Shown in pieces: positions 61,041-64,000 of a stretch of 64,000 nucleotides of DNA. The translations under genes and the position numbers were made by a program. The stretch is from Promethearchaeota archaeon (GTDB lineage Archaea; Asgardarchaeota; Heimdallarchaeia; Hodarchaeales; Hodarchaeaceae), in NCBI GenBank assembly GCA_048938105.1, contig JBHLMN010000002.1:288001-352000 (forward strand). Direction: 5' to 3'. The notes below the pieces were generated by a model. The model did not search any database, had not been told where the DNA came from, and saw only the letters and a list, made by a program, of their open reading frames with translations. Each line of letters opens with the position of its first letter. Positions within the stretch are counted from its first letter, which is position 1.

Positions 61041-62051
61041 TTGGAAATTGAATATCAGAATAAATATGTAGTTACATGGTGTTTAGATCGGGATGGGCCT
61101 CGGATTTGTTTACGAGTTATTACTAGAGAAGATGAAAATAGAACAATTGAGATCATTAGTGAGGATTTCATCTTAGAACTTGAAGATGAAGAAGCCAGAG
61201 ATTTTCTTAATATATTAAACCAGATGGAAGCTACAAGTTCAATTAAGCCAGTAACTAAATATCCTGAGTATGAAACTCCTGAAATTGAAGAAGAACCCCT
61301 CGTTGAAGCTAAGATTTCATCTGAAGTAGCACCAGAGATTGAAGAACCTGTAATACCTGAAATTGCACCAAAAGTTGTAGAATCAGGAGTAGCTGAAGTA
61401 GTACCAGAGGAAGCTGAAATTATTTCCCCAGAAGTCCCCGATTCTGCGGAAATAATTCAATTCTTAAAGCAATCAGAGCAGACTTACTCAGAAATCACTT
61501 CTAGTTCTCAAACTGAGGACTCAGTTGAAGAACAAACCCAGCTGTCTGATGAAATTGATGTTGAAAGCATACAAGAGGAAGCTATCTCAGATTCAGCTCC
61601 GATCCAGAAAGTATCAGAGGAGGTAGCAACAGATATTGAAACAGCATCCTTCTTTCAGGATTCTGTTTCGAAGAGTCCCTTGGAGATGATTCTTGAAGAA
61701 GATCAGAAAAAGGAAGAAATAGTAGCTGCAGATAGCTCATCTTTATCAGAACAAAATGCAGAAGAAACTTCAGATGAATATCCAGAAACTAAAGTCATAT
61801 ATACTCCTGATGACCTCCAAACGGAATCATTCTTCAGTAAATTTGATACAAGTCGTACAGTGGATCTTTTGCAAAAAACTGAACCCGAATCCGAGTCTGC
61901 TCCCGAACCTAAGCGAGTAGTTGAATTGGAACCTACACCAAAATTTGTTAAAAAGGAGCCAACACTAACAGAAGCAGAACGAAGGGCTGCAATTGAAAAA
62001 GAGAGAGCTGAAAGAAAACGAAGGTTGTGGGAACTAACACGTGGATTCTAA
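61041..62051 (+). CDS. Hypothetical protein: small folded N-domain, acidic disordered linker, C-terminal helix
   Basis: AGGAG RBS; Glu/Ser/Pro-rich middle; ends in AERRAAIEKERAERKRRLWELTRGF. Confidence 0.75.
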   Translation: MEIEYQNKYVVTWCLDRDGPRICLRVITREDENRTIEIISEDFILELEDEEARDFLNILNQMEATSSIKPVTKYPEYETPEIEEEPLVEAKISSEVAPEIEEPVIPEIAPKVVESGVAEVVPEEAEIISPEVPDSAEIIQFLKQSEQTYSEITSSSQTEDSVEEQTQLSDEIDVESIQEEAISDSAPIQKVSEEVATDIETASFFQDSVSKSPLEMILEEDQKKEEIVAADSSSLSEQNAEETSDEYPETKVIYTPDDLQTESFFSKFDTSRTVDLLQKTEPESESAPEPKRVVELEPTPKFVKKEPTLTEAERRAAIEKERAERKRRLWELTRGF

Positions 62052-62104
62052 TTGAATTAGCAGTTTTATCTAGCATTTAAACTAAGATAAGAGTCCCTTT
62101 AAAG

Positions 62105-62749
62105 ATGGAAACCTCTAGAACAACCATTTCTGCTATAATCTTCGATGCAGGGGATATACTTGTCCATCAAATTCCAGATGATAAAGTGAAAGCTTGGAAT
62201 AAGTTCTTAACTCATTATCATAACTCAAAAATGGATAACAAAGAATATTTTACCCAATTATATGAAAAAGTTAGGACCTTGGGTATCGATTCCAATTTTG
62301 AAATAGTTTCACCCTATTTATCCACTGAACCAAGATTCAAGATTTCTTTAATTGAAGAATATGAAATAGAGAAATGGTGGAAAAATCCTGATCCGTGGCT
62401 CTTTGAAACGATATCTAAATTCTGGAAGATTGGGTATAAGATTGGTATTTTAACAGATAGTGCTCTTTCTTCGAGAACTATTCGTGAAGTATTGTCTCAA
62501 TTATCTCCATATGTTCACAAAATAGTGTCCTCTCGTGATGTTGGAGTTATGAAACCTGATAAACAAATGTACTCCACAATATTATCAGAACTAAAAACAC
62601 CTCCCAACAAGTCCTTATTCATCGCTCATGATCCTGATGAAATAAAAGGAGCTTTAAATTCAGGACTCTTGTGTATAAATTTTGAGTACATAGGAAATTT
62701 AAAAAAATTATTTGAATTTATTAAAAGAAAATACGTTTTAGAGCAATAG
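62105..62749 (+). CDS. HAD superfamily hydrolase
   Basis: IIFDAGD, ILTDS, GVMKPD, FIAHD. Confidence 0.85.
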   Translation: METSRTTISAIIFDAGDILVHQIPDDKVKAWNKFLTHYHNSKMDNKEYFTQLYEKVRTLGIDSNFEIVSPYLSTEPRFKISLIEEYEIEKWWKNPDPWLFETISKFWKIGYKIGILTDSALSSRTIREVLSQLSPYVHKIVSSRDVGVMKPDKQMYSTILSELKTPPNKSLFIAHDPDEIKGALNSGLLCINFEYIGNLKKLFEFIKRKYVLEQ

Positions 62750-62760
62750 GTGTAAGAATA

Positions 62761-63954
62761 TTGTTAGAGAATAGTTCACTTCCATTTGTAGCAATATTAC
62801 ATGCTTATCAACCTCCTACTCAAGAAGCTAACATTCTGGATCGTATTGTCAAACGGTGTTATTTGCCAGTTGCACAGGCTTTGCAAAATAATCCTGATTT
62901 CAAAATTACCTTGAATATTAATGCTAGCCTTACAGAGATGCTTGAAGACGATTATTTAATAGTAATAGAGAAGTATGCAGAGTTAGCTCGGAATAACCAG
63001 ATTGAATTTCTCGATTCTGGGGCTTATCACCCCATTCTACCGTTAATATCTCAAAGAGAAGCACGAAAGCAGATTAAAATGAATAGAAAAATCAATTCAC
63101 GTATTTTTGGCTCTGTTTGGAAACCTCGTGGATTATGGCCGCCTGAACTTGCAGTTTCTGAAACACTGGCGACTCTTGTGGAATCCCTAGGATATGAATA
63201 TATGATTGTTCCAGAGATTGCTATTAGCTCAAATTCTCCTTTTCCTACCCCTTTACTCACTCGATTACTTGTCCATCCGAGTGCGCCAAAGCTTTTTCTC
63301 ATTAACCGAAATCGTGAGGTTTCAAATAACATATCCTTTCACAGATATACTACAATCCAAAATGCGTTTGAGCATTTCAATAGGTTAAAAGCACTACAAC
63401 CTAATGGGATATTAGTACTTGCAACAGATTTGGAGACCTTTGGAGAACATCATCGTAAATATGAAGAATTTTTGGTTCAAATCTTCCAGTCAACTGAGAC
63501 TAAAGTGGTTTCTGAGATCTTGGATTTGCCAAAACAACCCATCGTGGAGTTCCGAAGCAGCAGTTGGAGTACCTCCGAAGAAGATTTGTATCGAGATATT
63601 CCATTCCCTCTTTGGGCTTACCCAGGTAATAGTATTCATGAGTTATTGAACTTTCATTTTGATTTACTTTCTGAAACTCTTGAATTATTGTTATCTAAAA
63701 AGGATGAAACAGACTATGAGGTTAAAATGGCACTAAAAGCTGTTGCTAAAGCCCAACACTCATGTCAAACATGGTGGGCCTCTACTAAAGACCATTTTAG
63801 TAAGGAACTAATCAAAAAGGGTTTTGATGCTCAACAATCTGCATTAGAATTGACATTAATGGCGATTGGGTCTGAAATTGACCATGCAATTCCGAATGGA
63901 CTATCCAATCGCCTTGAAAAGCGATTAACACGATATTTATCTCGTATTCGGTGA
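62761..63954 (+). CDS. Glycoside hydrolase family 57
   Basis: HAYQPP, YHPILPL, WPPELA (nucleophile), TDLETFGEH (acid/base). Confidence 0.9.
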   Translation: MLENSSLPFVAILHAYQPPTQEANILDRIVKRCYLPVAQALQNNPDFKITLNINASLTEMLEDDYLIVIEKYAELARNNQIEFLDSGAYHPILPLISQREARKQIKMNRKINSRIFGSVWKPRGLWPPELAVSETLATLVESLGYEYMIVPEIAISSNSPFPTPLLTRLLVHPSAPKLFLINRNREVSNNISFHRYTTIQNAFEHFNRLKALQPNGILVLATDLETFGEHHRKYEEFLVQIFQSTETKVVSEILDLPKQPIVEFRSSSWSTSEEDLYRDIPFPLWAYPGNSIHELLNFHFDLLSETLELLLSKKDETDYEVKMALKAVAKAQHSCQTWWASTKDHFSKELIKKGFDAQQSALELTLMAIGSEIDHAIPNGLSNRLEKRLTRYLSRIR

Positions 63955-64000
63955 AATTTGTTAAAAATTAAGGGGCTGAAATTTATTTGAAAGCAGAGAC

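Noticed and set aside
2386-63649. Many short ORF-track entries antisense to or inside longer genes (e.g. 2386-2619, 2865-3080, 26145-26480, 29488-29787, 33533-33854, 38306-38647, 63051-63649)
   Set aside because: Shadow frames of well-supported genes; 38306-38647 is simply the alternative frame of the 45-bp repeat
1-64000. tRNA, rRNA or other structured RNA genes
   Set aside because: No GC-rich cloverleaf or rRNA-like segment was seen; TTCGAATCC near 21980 sits in a gap far too short for a tRNA. Small ncRNAs cannot be excluded without an Infernal search

Overview
AT-rich archaeal chromosomal window of about 57 densely packed genes. An Asgard archaeon, probably Heimdallarchaeia/Hodarchaeales, is inferred from archaeal PCNA/RFC/Taw1/IPK/archease genes together with TPR, WD40, MttB-family, bacterial-type histidine kinase and LigA genes and a PGF-type sorting signal. 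Housekeeping content: pcna-rfcS-rfcL, archease-rtcB, an Asp/Asn tRNA synthetase, ligA, ipk, mobB, dCMP deaminase, pyrG, taw1, GH57, peptidases, transporters and redox enzymes. I found no rRNA, tRNA, CRISPR array or mobile element. Most interesting signals: (1) a three-gene module at 12.9-17.5 kb in which two distantly paralogous membrane-anchored surface proteins flank a wHTH-multipass-membrane regulator, with a shared 17-bp motif (TTCAAnAnTTGTwkAAC) upstream of both surface genes; (2) PCNA with a long acidic, Trp-containing repeated tail, plus Gln-less PIP-like motifs in RFC-L, in a bacterial-type NAD+ ligase and at the C-terminus of a small wHTH protein; (3) a mosaic AspRS/AsnRS; (4) a tandem pair sharing an unrecognised PC4/PUR-like domain; (5) an orphan CheW beside a MEDS-like class I kinase. 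All family calls come from reading motifs by eye; no database searches were run.
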